IMG/VR virus record: IMGVR_UViG_3300033075_001214
Coordinates: 6,052-70,051 of that record
Reading direction: 5' to 3' (one strand)
DNA length: 64,000 bases
Source: a virus
Lineage: Duplodnaviria > Caudoviricetes
Of the stretch, positions 34,677 through 45,830 are shown piece after piece. Numbering within the stretch: the first letter of the stretch is position 1; each line of letters opens with the position of its first letter. A program made the position numbers and the translations under genes. The notes beneath the pieces were generated by a model that was not told where the DNA came from, did not search any database, and was given only the letters and a program-made list of their open reading frames with translations.

Positions 34677-37600
34677 TGGCTGAAAAAGATATTCCCATAT
34701 CTCCCACAGGTGGCATCAACCAGGATGACAGCTTATTCGTGCCGCCTCCCGGTTCAGGTGGAATTTCTCCTTTTGAACAAGGAGATTACCGCTATGCCCT
34801 GAATGCCCGGATAGGCTCATCCATCGAAGATAACTCCGCATCGGTAGAGAACTTTCCGTCAACTCTCCTGATTGACAACTATTGGACATGGAACGGATCC
34901 GCTTTTGTTTCCGGAAGCGCTCCGGTAGGCACCAATACAGGATTAAATAAATATGAAGACCGGGATGCCAACAAGGTTTACTGGTTTGTCCACAACAGCA
35001 ACGGAGATCATCAAATTTTGATGTTTGTAAAGTATGAACGCAAGATTTATGAAATCCTCAAATGGTCTGGATTAGATTTTGACACAACCAAATTAGTCTC
35101 TTCCTGCAAAATCAATAAATACCTAATCTTCACAGACTACAATTCAAATCCTAGAATTGTTGATGTTGAAGATATTTACAAACTGAAATTCACATTAGGG
35201 GTAAATTTCAGTGAGTTTCATATCAGTTTTGCTAAGTGGGCACCTCTTATGCCTCCTTTGGTCACCGCTTATACTTCCGAAGAGAACGACTTCATGAAGG
35301 ATGGAGCCTTTCAATTCTCCTACCTATACGTATATAAAGGCGGATTCAAGTCTACACTGGCTCCTCCGTCCGTTTGGGCGTCCAATAAGATACTTGGCAA
35401 TTCCTACGTGTTTCAGATTGCTTTGCCGGGCTATATTTACGACAAAGAAAATGATTCATTTTTTACCCATTCAGAATCTAAATTTTACGAATTCGTAGAA
35501 TACATTGAATTAGTTTATCGGGAAAGCCCAATTCAGCCCTGGAAGATATTCCAGCGCCACGAAGTAGCCGCTTCAGGAAATCAACTTTTCTATTTCAGAA
35601 ATAACGGAGACATCGCTATCATTCCTGATATTCAGGGGAATCAATATGCCGATGCCGTTCCTTTCCTTTCAGGATCATGCGAAGCGATTGATAACCGCCC
35701 TATGTTTGGCGATAATTTAGATGATTTAGAGGTTCCTGCTTTTGAAGTTGAGGATGTCGAAGTTTATAGTTCTGATTTACTGGATACATGGAATGAAACT
35801 GGAGCTGGATTTTCAGGAATCAGCGCTCCCATGCAGGCTATCAAAACCGGACAGTCTTTAGTTAATCAGTTTAGTTTCAAGCCCAGGGCAATCTACAAAC
35901 TGGGAATTGTTTACTACCATCATACCGGACGCACATGGCTGGCTATTTCACCCTCCAACTGGATATACCAGATACCAGCAGATGTAACGACCTCAAATCC
36001 CGTTTCTTTTGATCTATTCTATGCACTTGGATTTACTATTCCGGCAGGAATTAATCCACCAGAAGAAGCGGTAGGGTATTCCATTGTTCGCACGGATGCC
36101 TTAAATTTTGAATTCTTCCTTGAGGGAGTGTGCAATACGATCCGATACCTCGGGAAAGCAACTTCTCCCAGCGGTACTCTTGCGGTTGACTATCAGGCTA
36201 CCCCCATCGCAGTTCAGTCTATCATCAACGACCGTACTAACGCAGAAAATCCATCCAATGATATTGACCTGGCTCGTATGGCAGCTACGGCCTATCGAGA
36301 GGATATTGATGTTTCAAATGTTAATCTGGCCAGTAGAATCTACTTTGAATGTAATAACTGGATAAATTCCGTTAAGGGAAATGCAGGAGGAACAAGTTCT
36401 CGTGTATCCAACGACCTGTTCTATAATTTTAAAAAAGGAGATCGGTTACGGTTTTGTAGTTACGATCCAGCAGGAGGACCAGTGCTTGCTTGGTACGATG
36501 AGGAAATAATTGAGTTTACAGGTCGCGGATTTATTGTCAATAAGCCCTCAACTCTCACCTCATTTCCTAAAATTTCGGATGCTTCCTGGAACCCCGCATT
36601 TCAGCAGATTGAAGTATATCGATTAAAGAAAGTTAATCCAGAGGATAATTTCCTGTTTTATGAGATAGGAGAATATTATCCGATTACTAACCCGGGCACA
36701 GTAAGTCGGGATTTTTCCAAGCGTGACTTCACATGGTCAGGAAAGGCTAATGTTTCAGGCTCCCTTATCGGAGACAGTCTATATCCCATTTACATTAAAA
36801 TGCCAATTGTTAATGGGGATGTATGGTCTGTTTATAAGAATTTCACGTTCGACTACTATTCAGCAGCATCCGGGAAAACGGGTATTTCAAGTATTACCCG
36901 ATTCACTCAGATGAACGAAAACCCGCGAAATGCAGGCGGCACATGGAACCGAAACCATGGACGCGCTTTTCCGGCTTATGAATATCTACCTACTCAGTTT
37001 CGGAAAGAAGGCCAGATTAGATTTGGCTTAAAGTTTCTCGAAGACAGCCTGTTTATTGGAATTAACACCTTCCTTGAACGAAACCAATACATCTATCCTG
37101 CAGAGTATGGACGAATCCGGTGCATGGTTAACACCAGCAACGCTCAGGTCGAATCGGTTGGAAACGTACTTTTAGTTATCGGAGAAGCTGAATCATGGTC
37201 AGTATATGTCAACCGTACAACGCTGGAAGATTTATCCGGCCGCTCACAGGTATCCATTTCCGATAAGGTTCTGGGCTCATACAATACTCTTTTAGGCAGC
37301 CATGGCACCCTAAATCCGGAATCTATGTCTAAGGAATCCGGCATGGTCCTTTGGTGGAATGCCAAACGGGGAATCTGGATTCGTTATAGCCGGGATGGTC
37401 TTACTGAGATAAGTAAGTACGGCATGAAGAACTGGTTCAAGGATTTAGGTGATCTCCTCAATCAGTACTACTATTCAGGCACCGCTCCCAAAGTAATTAG
37501 TGTGTTTGATGACTACCATGAAGAATGGCTAACCTACATCAATCACTCATCCTTACCAGGCTCCTTCAAGGGATATAGTTCCTACAAGTGTGCATCCTTC

Positions 37601-38134
37601 GCAGAACGCAATGCCGACAAACGTTGGAAGTCAATCTGGGATTATAGTCCTGATCTGTTCGCATCTATGGATAACGAAGTGTATAGCATTGTTGGCAGCA
37701 CCATTCAGATTCATGAGCAAGGAACGGACTTTGGTTCAGTCTACGGAGTGAAGAAAGATACCATCCTGGAACTGGTTGCCAATCCGGAATATCGGAAAAA
37801 CAAGACATGGAGATCGGTTGCACTTACTACTTCAGATAAGTGGGAATTTACTTCCATCAAAGGCGACTGGAAAAGCAATTCAGGAACCCGCCAGCAAACG
37901 GAAATACTTTTGGCTCAATTGCAGGCAAAGGAAGATACGTACTGGGCATGGATACGTAGAGATGGAAACTCGCCTAATTCAGCAACGTTTGAGGAAGGTG
38001 TGGTGAAGGGAAATTCAATGCGCAGCAAAACCTTGTTGCTCCAGATAAAACTGGATCCGACCATTGATTACCTAAGCTTATTTCACTGGTTGAATGTAAG
38101 CTACGATGACAGCGAAAAGAATGTAAAAAATTGA
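34676..38134 (+). CDS. Tail nozzle/muzzle (stabilisation) protein
   Basis: 1152 aa; GGINQDD...GDYRYALNAR N-terminus; beta-propeller-like composition. Confidence 0.75.
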   Translation: MAEKDIPISPTGGINQDDSLFVPPPGSGGISPFEQGDYRYALNARIGSSIEDNSASVENFPSTLLIDNYWTWNGSAFVSGSAPVGTNTGLNKYEDRDANKVYWFVHNSNGDHQILMFVKYERKIYEILKWSGLDFDTTKLVSSCKINKYLIFTDYNSNPRIVDVEDIYKLKFTLGVNFSEFHISFAKWAPLMPPLVTAYTSEENDFMKDGAFQFSYLYVYKGGFKSTLAPPSVWASNKILGNSYVFQIALPGYIYDKENDSFFTHSESKFYEFVEYIELVYRESPIQPWKIFQRHEVAASGNQLFYFRNNGDIAIIPDIQGNQYADAVPFLSGSCEAIDNRPMFGDNLDDLEVPAFEVEDVEVYSSDLLDTWNETGAGFSGISAPMQAIKTGQSLVNQFSFKPRAIYKLGIVYYHHTGRTWLAISPSNWIYQIPADVTTSNPVSFDLFYALGFTIPAGINPPEEAVGYSIVRTDALNFEFFLEGVCNTIRYLGKATSPSGTLAVDYQATPIAVQSIINDRTNAENPSNDIDLARMAATAYREDIDVSNVNLASRIYFECNNWINSVKGNAGGTSSRVSNDLFYNFKKGDRLRFCSYDPAGGPVLAWYDEEIIEFTGRGFIVNKPSTLTSFPKISDASWNPAFQQIEVYRLKKVNPEDNFLFYEIGEYYPITNPGTVSRDFSKRDFTWSGKANVSGSLIGDSLYPIYIKMPIVNGDVWSVYKNFTFDYYSAASGKTGISSITRFTQMNENPRNAGGTWNRNHGRAFPAYEYLPTQFRKEGQIRFGLKFLEDSLFIGINTFLERNQYIYPAEYGRIRCMVNTSNAQVESVGNVLLVIGEAESWSVYVNRTTLEDLSGRSQVSISDKVLGSYNTLLGSHGTLNPESMSKESGMVLWWNAKRGIWIRYSRDGLTEISKYGMKNWFKDLGDLLNQYYYSGTAPKVISVFDDYHEEWLTYINHSSLPGSFKGYSSYKCASFAERNADKRWKSIWDYSPDLFASMDNEVYSIVGSTIQIHEQGTDFGSVYGVKKDTILELVANPEYRKNKTWRSVALTTSDKWEFTSIKGDWKSNSGTRQQTEILLAQLQAKEDTYWAWIRRDGNSPNSATFEEGVVKGNSMRSKTLLLQIKLDPTIDYLSLFHWLNVSYDDSEKNVKN

Positions 38135-38159
38135 GTTAAATTGCATAAAATATAAGGTT

Positions 38160-38711
38160 ATGGCAGCAAAAGATTATTTCGGTATGCTAGCAGGAGGCGC
38201 ACCATTCAGCGGAGGGCCTAATAAAAACCTGAAAAAACAAATTGACGAACTGATTAAAAATCGTCCTGAGTACACAATTAAGGACGAAGCCTATCAGAAT
38301 CAAGCGCTCGCTAAAAATCAAGCCTTCGGACGAGATCGCGGAATTCAACAAGCCGAGGATAACATCCAAACGCAAGCCGCAGACGCAGTAGGTCAGGCAC
38401 AACAAGTAAGTGGAAGTTCCAACGCAATTTTAGATACCATTGCCGGAATTACTGGCAACGCCAATAACAGCCTCCGGAGTTTAGGAATTGATGAAGCTAA
38501 TATTCAATCCGGTCGTATGCGCGATCTGTATGGTGCCAATAACGCCATGATTGATGAGAAGGATAAAGAATGGAACTTCAATGTGAACGAACCATACCAG
38601 AATCAAATTCAGGAGCTTCGGAATCGCAGAAAAGCACGACAAGAGAATTTCTTCAAAATTTTAGATACCATCGGTGGACTTGGCGTTAGTGCCGCTACCA
38701 TGAAAGCGTAA
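38160..38711 (+). CDS. Putative ejection (pilot) protein
   Basis: Q/N/A-rich coiled coil with G-rich hydrophobic ends. Confidence 0.6.
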   Translation: MAAKDYFGMLAGGAPFSGGPNKNLKKQIDELIKNRPEYTIKDEAYQNQALAKNQAFGRDRGIQQAEDNIQTQAADAVGQAQQVSGSSNAILDTIAGITGNANNSLRSLGIDEANIQSGRMRDLYGANNAMIDEKDKEWNFNVNEPYQNQIQELRNRRKARQENFFKILDTIGGLGVSAATMKA

Positions 38712-38714
38712 TCA

Positions 38715-40640
38715 ATGGCATACCGCGAATTCCGTAATGAAGCCACCTATGAAGCCCCTCAGTTTGAGGGAATGCCTCGTACCCTTGCAGCGTTAGATAC
38801 GGCTAATCGGATTAAGGCGCAAAGAGCAAATGTTGATCGTCAAGAATTAGAAAATCTTAAAAAGATCAACCCTGTAGCTCCGTATGCTCAAACGGTAAAA
38901 GAAGTTATTGATGACGTGTCTGTAATTGTTGAGGGGTATAACATGATTAAAAATGACCCCAAATTAAAAAGTACTTTACTTCCCAGGTTACAGGTGCTTC
39001 AATCAAATACTGAAGGTAAAATAGCAAGAGCTAATACAATAAAAGGATCAGTAGACCGACTCAAAACGCAGATTGCTCAGTCTCAAAATGATAATAAAAA
39101 TTTCAAGCCAGATGTTATCAATGATAAATTAACTGAGATTGAAGATCCCACATTAACTTTGGATGAGCGTGAGGCTAAACTTAATGAAGCCGTTCAGCTT
39201 GCGCAGAATCCATTACTGACATTCAATGTTAATAAACGAGCAAAGGACTACGTTGATGAACAGGGTCAGATTGAAGAGGGTAGTGACAATACTTATGCGT
39301 CTGGTGCCCAAAAACAAAAATCATCAAAGGGAAAATTCTTTGAAAATGGAGTGAATAAAATTGGCCCGAAAGTAGTTGAGAACTTTCTTAGTGATAAAGA
39401 CACCAATCGGTACTACGATGCTGTAGTGACTCAAAAAATTGCAGAGGACTATAAAAAAATTGCAGCAGGGCAAATTGATGAGATACCTGATACTAAGGAT
39501 GGTTTGACTTTAAAGGTAATGATTCAGATGGCTGAGGGTACAGGAGGTCAAACTCCTGATCCTTCCATGAAGGAAGCAGCCATTAATTTCATGAAGGAGA
39601 TGCCTGAATTAAATCCTATTGATAAACGAACGCCCTTTGAGATAAAGTCTGATTTAATAATTCCTGAGTTAAAGAGATATGAAGCTATATCTAACAAGAA
39701 TTCAGCAGATTACTCCAAGAGTAATCCATGGAATAAATTTTCATCCAGCGGTTCTGTAAACACCAATATGCAATTCGCTCAAGGCCACATACCTAATCAT
39801 GGGCCATCTGTTGTTGCCGTAACTAAGACAGGAAATGTCCCCAGCGCAAAAGCAGCTAATCCAAGTGGAGTAGTAAGGAATTCAATTACGGGTAAGACTT
39901 CTAAAATAGGTGGAGCTGGCGCTGATGTATCGGTCGTTGATTGGTATTACGGAGTCGTGGATAAAAACGGAGTGCCTATTAATATTCCAAGCGAAGATAC
40001 AGAACAGGCTATTGAATATATTAACGCTGCTCCTATACAGGAGGTTCGCAATTGGAGTGGTGCTTTTCCTGTAGCAAGAGGGTCAATGCTTAATAAATCA
40101 AACATTATTGACGCCAAGCAAAAACTACAAAAAGTAGTCACGGATTTAGAGAGAAGAAAAGATAACCTGAGCGAAGTTGAAAAGGGCGACCTTTATGAAT
40201 TGTCTAAACAGTTAAATGAAGAAGATAATCCCGATTTTTCTAATGAAATAGTTCAGTCATATTTGAAGGATATAGTAAGCAACGTCACCTATAAAATGGA
40301 TGAAGCAACAGCCACATCTTATGAGGCACAAACAGGTATCAATCCATTATCTAAAAAGGCGATGACTCCTGATCAGAAGGCTGTTAAAGAAGCGGTCGAT
40401 AAACGTATTCGAGGATTAGCGGAAGAAGAAAAAAGAGTTAAGGAACAAAATGAAGCTATCCGAAAAGCAGGACTTAATCCTGAGCAAAAACAAGATGCAC
40501 AAGTTCCTGAGATGGGGCTACAAAAGCCAAAAGGTGAGCAGAAACCTAAACCTAAAGTTGCATCACAGACAGAGGTTGATAAATTACCAAAAGGCACTAC
40601 CTTTATATGGACTGACGGCAAGGAGTACGTCAAAGAATAA
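38715..40640 (+). CDS. Putative internal virion/ejection protein
   Basis: 641 aa helical; C-terminal KLPKGTTFIWTDGKEYVK motif. Confidence 0.6.
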   Translation: MAYREFRNEATYEAPQFEGMPRTLAALDTANRIKAQRANVDRQELENLKKINPVAPYAQTVKEVIDDVSVIVEGYNMIKNDPKLKSTLLPRLQVLQSNTEGKIARANTIKGSVDRLKTQIAQSQNDNKNFKPDVINDKLTEIEDPTLTLDEREAKLNEAVQLAQNPLLTFNVNKRAKDYVDEQGQIEEGSDNTYASGAQKQKSSKGKFFENGVNKIGPKVVENFLSDKDTNRYYDAVVTQKIAEDYKKIAAGQIDEIPDTKDGLTLKVMIQMAEGTGGQTPDPSMKEAAINFMKEMPELNPIDKRTPFEIKSDLIIPELKRYEAISNKNSADYSKSNPWNKFSSSGSVNTNMQFAQGHIPNHGPSVVAVTKTGNVPSAKAANPSGVVRNSITGKTSKIGGAGADVSVVDWYYGVVDKNGVPINIPSEDTEQAIEYINAAPIQEVRNWSGAFPVARGSMLNKSNIIDAKQKLQKVVTDLERRKDNLSEVEKGDLYELSKQLNEEDNPDFSNEIVQSYLKDIVSNVTYKMDEATATSYEAQTGINPLSKKAMTPDQKAVKEAVDKRIRGLAEEEKRVKEQNEAIRKAGLNPEQKQDAQVPEMGLQKPKGEQKPKPKVASQTEVDKLPKGTTFIWTDGKEYVKE

Positions 40641-43600
40641 TGGAAGAGTTATTAACTACAGAGCCCGGACCTCCTAAAGGCGCAAAGCCCGTAAACGGTA
40701 TTGCCAAAACCATCGCTCCTCCTGTAGGGGCAAAAAAAAAAGAGGATACCGTAAGCGAACCAAGCTCCAACGATGGTTCGACTCAAGCTGGTTTGGACGT
40801 TTCTCAAGAGCCTGGGCCAAAGGGAGCCAAGCCTTCAGGAAAGAGTACAGAAAGTAAAGAGCAAGAACTATTTAATCGTTATTCTGCCGATCTTGAAAAA
40901 GGATTACTTGATCTGTATTCTAAAAAATACAAAACTGAAGAGGACGACTTTATTAAGAGTATAGGTGGCTTTAAAGAACCTGATTTAACCAATAAAGACG
41001 AGGTAGATTCTTATAATAAAAAAGTAAATCAATTAAAAGAATTTCAGCAAAAACGAGGCAAGGAGATAGATGATGAATTTAAAAATCATTATGAGACATC
41101 TACCAAAAGTGCCTTAGAGAGATTCAATAAAAATGCTATAAAAAAGGCTGAGAGGGCAACCGAGAAATCTCCTGCATCGCCTTTTGTTGAAGAACTTAAA
41201 AATGCTCCTCGTCCTATCTCAATTAATCCTGAAAAGGACGCCAGAAAGATAGTATCACAATTCCAAACTGAAATTACCGGTAAGCCTGAATCTCAGGGAT
41301 TGGTGCAGGATGCATATTTAGCCGCAAGTAATGTACCCGGTGCGATAAATAAAGCCTTTGTTAGCGGGATGGCCGCCACGCCCAAAACGGTAGCCATGTT
41401 AGCTCAAAAATTAGATCAGCTAACTGGAATGCCTGCTAAAGGAATAGAAGAATATGCAACATATCAATTAGGTGAGTATGTTGAAAACAAAGCAAAAGAA
41501 TTAGGCTTAACTGTTCTTCAAAATCCAGACTACGCAGGATTTATGACATCTACCTTACCTCAAGCGGTAGGGTCAATGCTATCAATGATGCTACTTGGAG
41601 GAAGAGGAGCAACCACGAACCCTTTTGTTACTCAAAGTATAGCAAAGCAGGCCGCAACGACACTTACATCTAAAACTGCTATGGTTGGGGCAATGCAGGC
41701 AAGCGTTCCTGAATTTGAGGCCGCAAAAGCGGCTGGTAAAACAGATGAAGAAGCGTTTAATGTGTTCTTACAAAATATTCCTGGTGGTCTTACTGAATCT
41801 GTTCAGATGGCAAATATGTTTGGTCGTCTTAATCGAATGACAAACAATGGGCTTATGAATGCGATTAAGCTAAGTACAGCCAACGGTTTAGAGGAAGCAT
41901 CTCAAGAAGCAATTCAACAATATCTAACCAATAAAGTTGCGCAAGGCAGTTATGATCCTGAGCGTGATCTAAAAGAAGGAATGGGTGAAGGTGCTGGAGC
42001 TGGTTTTATTGTTGGATTTGTCTTGCCCGGTGCGATTGCGGCTATGGATAAAATGAGTCCTGAACAGAAGACGCAGACAAAAGCAGTTCTTCAAAGAATG
42101 CTTGAGCAGGGGTATTATATAAGAACACCTCAATCATTCAGTAAAACTATTAAGTCACCATCTCAAGTCGTATCCGAAGCCCGCACTTCTGTAAAGAGTG
42201 CTGATGATACGCAAGGCGCTGAGGCGGCCGCTGAAAAGATATTGGAAACAACGCAGGGGAATCAACAACCGAATATTACTGATACAGCGCAAGATGAACC
42301 AACTTCATTAAGAGGAGTTAAATATTCCGATATAATAGTCGGAGATCAAAGGCTTGATGACATCTTGGATGAAAATAATTTAACCAATCTTGAGAAAGAT
42401 AAAGTAAGAGATATTTTTTCTCGTGGAGTTGATTATTTTAAATTTGACAAAGAAGGAGAACAAAGATTTCAGGAGAAATTTGCGAACCCCGAAGATATTA
42501 CTGATGTAACTGAGGCTTTACTCACTGGGTTAAGCGCAGCAAAAGAATCTGCTTTTAACTTTTATAATCAGAAGAATTACGACAATGTAAAAGATGCCAT
42601 TAATTACATCATTCAAAATCCCAACGAGTATTCTTCTAATGTTGTAAAAGCAGTAAGTAAGATAAAACAAAAATTAAATAATTCATCATCAATGAGTAGA
42701 CTATACGCTATTGATGTGATGAAGGAATTAGGAATTAAAACGCAATCCCCTAACGCGACAGAAGGGCAAGACCAAAATCTCCAAACCGATGGCAAAGAAA
42801 GGAACGGGCAAGGGCGGCAAGAAGGGCTGTTAACCCAAGAGACCGGAGGATGGAAGGCTGGCGATATTATCCCAGCTAACTATCCCCAGCCGGAGCGTGT
42901 CATCAAATCAATTGACGGTGACCTAAGCGAAACAATGGTTAAGGTTACCTTTGAAGATGGTACTCAAGGTGCTATTCAAAAGAAGAAGCCATCTCCGGTT
43001 GTGGAAGAAAAATCAGTAGAAACAAAACAGTCTACTCCCGATCAGGCACTTAGTAAATACGAAAATGATGAAAAATATACCATTGACGATTTAGTAGACG
43101 AACTTGAATCATCGGATAATCCTAAAATTCAGGAAGCAGTTGCTAAATATCGGGCCGATGTAAAAGAAGGATTAGAAGTGTGGGGCGGACGTGAAGATTC
43201 TGAAGCCAGGGAGACCGGATTCGTTAATGAGATCAGGAAGATCACATCTCCCCAACAACAACCAAACCCCGACATCACCACCGTAGGCGACAACTACGTT
43301 AAGCGTGACAACCGTTGGTTCGTGAAAGACGCAGAGGGTATCGAGCGGCCATTGATTTCCGATAATCCGAACAAGACGATAGAGGAACAAAATACAGAGT
43401 TAGCTCAAGCGAAGGAATTAAAAACTCAACTTGAATCCGAAACTCCTGTTAAAGTTGATCTGAGCCCAACGGGTAAAAGCCGCATTGCGGAAATGGAGGC
43501 GCACACACCTGAAGGCCGCGTCCGCAAGTGGTTATTTGGTGGAGGTCAATTATTGTGGAATAGTAAATCCCAAGGTGAAGGGAAGCCTACACTGAGAGGG

Positions 43601-44641
43601 CTTAAAGATGAAACTGGCTACAGTAACAAGGAGCGTCAGGATATAAAACAATATGTTCATGATACGAATGGTGTCAGCGTAGAGCAAGCAGCAGAGCAAT
43701 TAGCCGCGCAATATCAGGATCGCTCACCGCAGGAATATCGAAATGCCATCATTGAAGTATTTTCAAGTGATCCTAAAAAATGGTATGAGCAACAAGTCCG
43801 TGACGAGGATCCGGAATATGCTTTACAAGAAGAACAACGCTTTCAGGAAGCCGGTCAGTTAACCGAGCAGATCAAACAACTTGAAACACAGGAAGAAGGA
43901 GTAAAAGAAATCAACCAACAATTATATGAAAACGAGAGAAGAGTTAATTACGGCAGCGCGGCAACGGAAGGCCAAACAGCAGGAGGACAAGTGGCAAGCC
44001 CGGGAAGTGGAGGCCAGGCGCAAGTCCAACCAAGAGAGAGTATTCGAAAAAATAGGGATGCGAATAAAAGTAAGCAAGCCCTAGAAGAACTCAAGTCCAA
44101 GAACCTTACCCATGTCCCCGGGTTAGGCATGGGTGCAAATCAGGCGAAAGGAACGTACATCTCCACCGAAGAACTAGGAAATCGCTACGAGAGACGAGGT
44201 ACGCCTGTTAAGGTTAAAGTCAACATCCAGAATCCGTTCGTATCTGAAGGCAATGAATTCTATGATATCCAGCGGGAAATAATTCAGTCACGCTTTGGTA
44301 AGGAGAAAATCGAAGACCTAACTGAAACAGAATCAGATTTACTGGCTGAAATGGTCACCGAACACTTTACCACAGAAGGGTTCGATTCTATCTACATGCC
44401 TCAGTCAGAAACGCAGGAAGGCGAGCTGATCGTATTTGATCGCAGTAAGGTCACCATCATGGATGATGCGAGAATTGAGTACGAAAACGCGGTCCATGAA
44501 TCTACCCAGACTACCTTACAGTTAGAATTTATTCCTGATTCGGAGTTTCTGAAAACGGATAAACCGATTGAATTACGGGAGAAACAAAAGAAAATTCGAA
44601 AGGACTTGGCCCGGTTGAATCAACTTATAAAGTGTCGATAA
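40640..44641 (+). CDS. Large internal virion (polyvalent-type) protein with an ART-like C-terminal domain
   Basis: 1333 aa; GTYISTEE...KVNIQNPF...EGFDSIY...GELIVFD. Confidence 0.6.
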   Translation: MEELLTTEPGPPKGAKPVNGIAKTIAPPVGAKKKEDTVSEPSSNDGSTQAGLDVSQEPGPKGAKPSGKSTESKEQELFNRYSADLEKGLLDLYSKKYKTEEDDFIKSIGGFKEPDLTNKDEVDSYNKKVNQLKEFQQKRGKEIDDEFKNHYETSTKSALERFNKNAIKKAERATEKSPASPFVEELKNAPRPISINPEKDARKIVSQFQTEITGKPESQGLVQDAYLAASNVPGAINKAFVSGMAATPKTVAMLAQKLDQLTGMPAKGIEEYATYQLGEYVENKAKELGLTVLQNPDYAGFMTSTLPQAVGSMLSMMLLGGRGATTNPFVTQSIAKQAATTLTSKTAMVGAMQASVPEFEAAKAAGKTDEEAFNVFLQNIPGGLTESVQMANMFGRLNRMTNNGLMNAIKLSTANGLEEASQEAIQQYLTNKVAQGSYDPERDLKEGMGEGAGAGFIVGFVLPGAIAAMDKMSPEQKTQTKAVLQRMLEQGYYIRTPQSFSKTIKSPSQVVSEARTSVKSADDTQGAEAAAEKILETTQGNQQPNITDTAQDEPTSLRGVKYSDIIVGDQRLDDILDENNLTNLEKDKVRDIFSRGVDYFKFDKEGEQRFQEKFANPEDITDVTEALLTGLSAAKESAFNFYNQKNYDNVKDAINYIIQNPNEYSSNVVKAVSKIKQKLNNSSSMSRLYAIDVMKELGIKTQSPNATEGQDQNLQTDGKERNGQGRQEGLLTQETGGWKAGDIIPANYPQPERVIKSIDGDLSETMVKVTFEDGTQGAIQKKKPSPVVEEKSVETKQSTPDQALSKYENDEKYTIDDLVDELESSDNPKIQEAVAKYRADVKEGLEVWGGREDSEARETGFVNEIRKITSPQQQPNPDITTVGDNYVKRDNRWFVKDAEGIERPLISDNPNKTIEEQNTELAQAKELKTQLESETPVKVDLSPTGKSRIAEMEAHTPEGRVRKWLFGGGQLLWNSKSQGEGKPTLRGLKDETGYSNKERQDIKQYVHDTNGVSVEQAAEQLAAQYQDRSPQEYRNAIIEVFSSDPKKWYEQQVRDEDPEYALQEEQRFQEAGQLTEQIKQLETQEEGVKEINQQLYENERRVNYGSAATEGQTAGGQVASPGSGGQAQVQPRESIRKNRDANKSKQALEELKSKNLTHVPGLGMGANQAKGTYISTEELGNRYERRGTPVKVKVNIQNPFVSEGNEFYDIQREIIQSRFGKEKIEDLTETESDLLAEMVTEHFTTEGFDSIYMPQSETQEGELIVFDRSKVTIMDDARIEYENAVHESTQTTLQLEFIPDSEFLKTDKPIELREKQKKIRKDLARLNQLIKCR

Positions 44642-44642
44642 G

Positions 44643-45059
44643 ATGGCAGAGTTAGAAGACGAAGAGTTTGAGAAATTGTTGCTGGAGAAACAGCACCGCG
44701 AGATGATTTCGTCTTTGCGACTAATGGTAACCGCTCTTGAAAAGGTAGGCTCATCCGATGCTTCTATAATCAGGGCTATTCAGCAAAACAGTGAGAGTGT
44801 CATTGAGTTTGTTAAAAAAATAGCCGAACAAAAACCCGCACAACTCCCCGAAATTAATCTGAATCAGGATCAGGTCATCACTGAAATCAAAAGGTTATCC
44901 GACCAATTGGTGCCGTTTGTAGAAGAGTTAAAATCACTTTCCGTCAAATTCAAAGAATCGGTAGAAGCCATTCAGAGCAAGAAACCAACGGAATGGGAGT
45001 TTGTTATCGACCGGGGGTTCAGCAACCGCATCGAGAAGATCACCGCAAAACCAAAATAA
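44643..45059 (+). CDS. Hypothetical coiled-coil protein
   Basis: ORF track. Confidence 0.65.
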   Translation: MAELEDEEFEKLLLEKQHREMISSLRLMVTALEKVGSSDASIIRAIQQNSESVIEFVKKIAEQKPAQLPEINLNQDQVITEIKRLSDQLVPFVEELKSLSVKFKESVEAIQSKKPTEWEFVIDRGFSNRIEKITAKPK

Positions 45060-45063
45060 TTTG

Positions 45064-45071
45064 TAAATTTG
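45064..45071 (+). promoter_or_regulatory. -7 promoter element
   Basis: TAAATTTG, 14 nt before the ATG at 45086. Confidence 0.45.
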
Positions 45072-45085
45072 ATAAATCTAAAAAT

Positions 45086-45526
45086 ATGCCAAAGTCAACA
45101 TCCGCATCCAACTCCATCTTAGCATTGATTTACAACGCTACAGCATGGGCCAACATTGCTGATAATGCAGCATCTTCGCCAATTACCAGCATTTACATAG
45201 CCGCTCATACAAGTAGTCCTGGCGCTTCCGGTGGACAAGCCACTAACGAAACAGCCTATACCAACTACGCGCGTGTAGCAACAGCAAGAAGTACCGGAGG
45301 AACAGGATGGGCCGCTCCATCGGCAGGAGCAACGTTGAATAATGGACTTATCCAATTACCTCAGTGTGGTGTAACAGGTGCAACGCTTACTCATGTAAGT
45401 ACAGGAAGAGATAGCGCAGGAGCGGGATTGATTTTCCATTACGGGGCATTGAATAGTTCGTTGGCGGTATCTAACTTGATCCAGCCGCAATTTGCCGCAA
45501 GTGCGCTGACCGTGACCGAGGCGTAG
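45086..45526 (+). CDS. Putative structural protein
   Basis: ATG at 45086 (track starts at 44993); IYIAAHTSSPG...NETAYTNYARVA motif typical of phage tail-region proteins. Confidence 0.7.
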   Translation: MPKSTSASNSILALIYNATAWANIADNAASSPITSIYIAAHTSSPGASGGQATNETAYTNYARVATARSTGGTGWAAPSAGATLNNGLIQLPQCGVTGATLTHVSTGRDSAGAGLIFHYGALNSSLAVSNLIQPQFAASALTVTEA

Positions 45527-45527
45527 T

Positions 45528-45830
45528 ATGATCGACATCTTAGGATATACCTGTTCAATCTGTAATGCCGATGTAAGGGTTGAGGGTACTATTGACCCCA
45601 AGATAACCTGGTCATGTGGGCATGATGGAAATATTGTTCATGCGAACTTGAAAGGTCGGTTGTTTGGATTGAATCAGATTGAAAATGGAGTATTAGAAGA
45701 GAAAGACATTCCTGCAATGCACCGGGATAATTTCATTAAAGAGTATCCTTTGGAGAATGGCAAATTCAGAATAAAGAATTGGTTTGAATACATTGATAAG
45801 TTTCATCAACAGTCTAAAGTAACCATGTGA
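45528..45830 (+). CDS. Hypothetical protein with a CxxC...CxH motif
   Basis: YTCSICNADV...SCGH. Confidence 0.6.
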   Translation: MIDILGYTCSICNADVRVEGTIDPKITWSCGHDGNIVHANLKGRLFGLNQIENGVLEEKDIPAMHRDNFIKEYPLENGKFRIKNWFEYIDKFHQQSKVTM

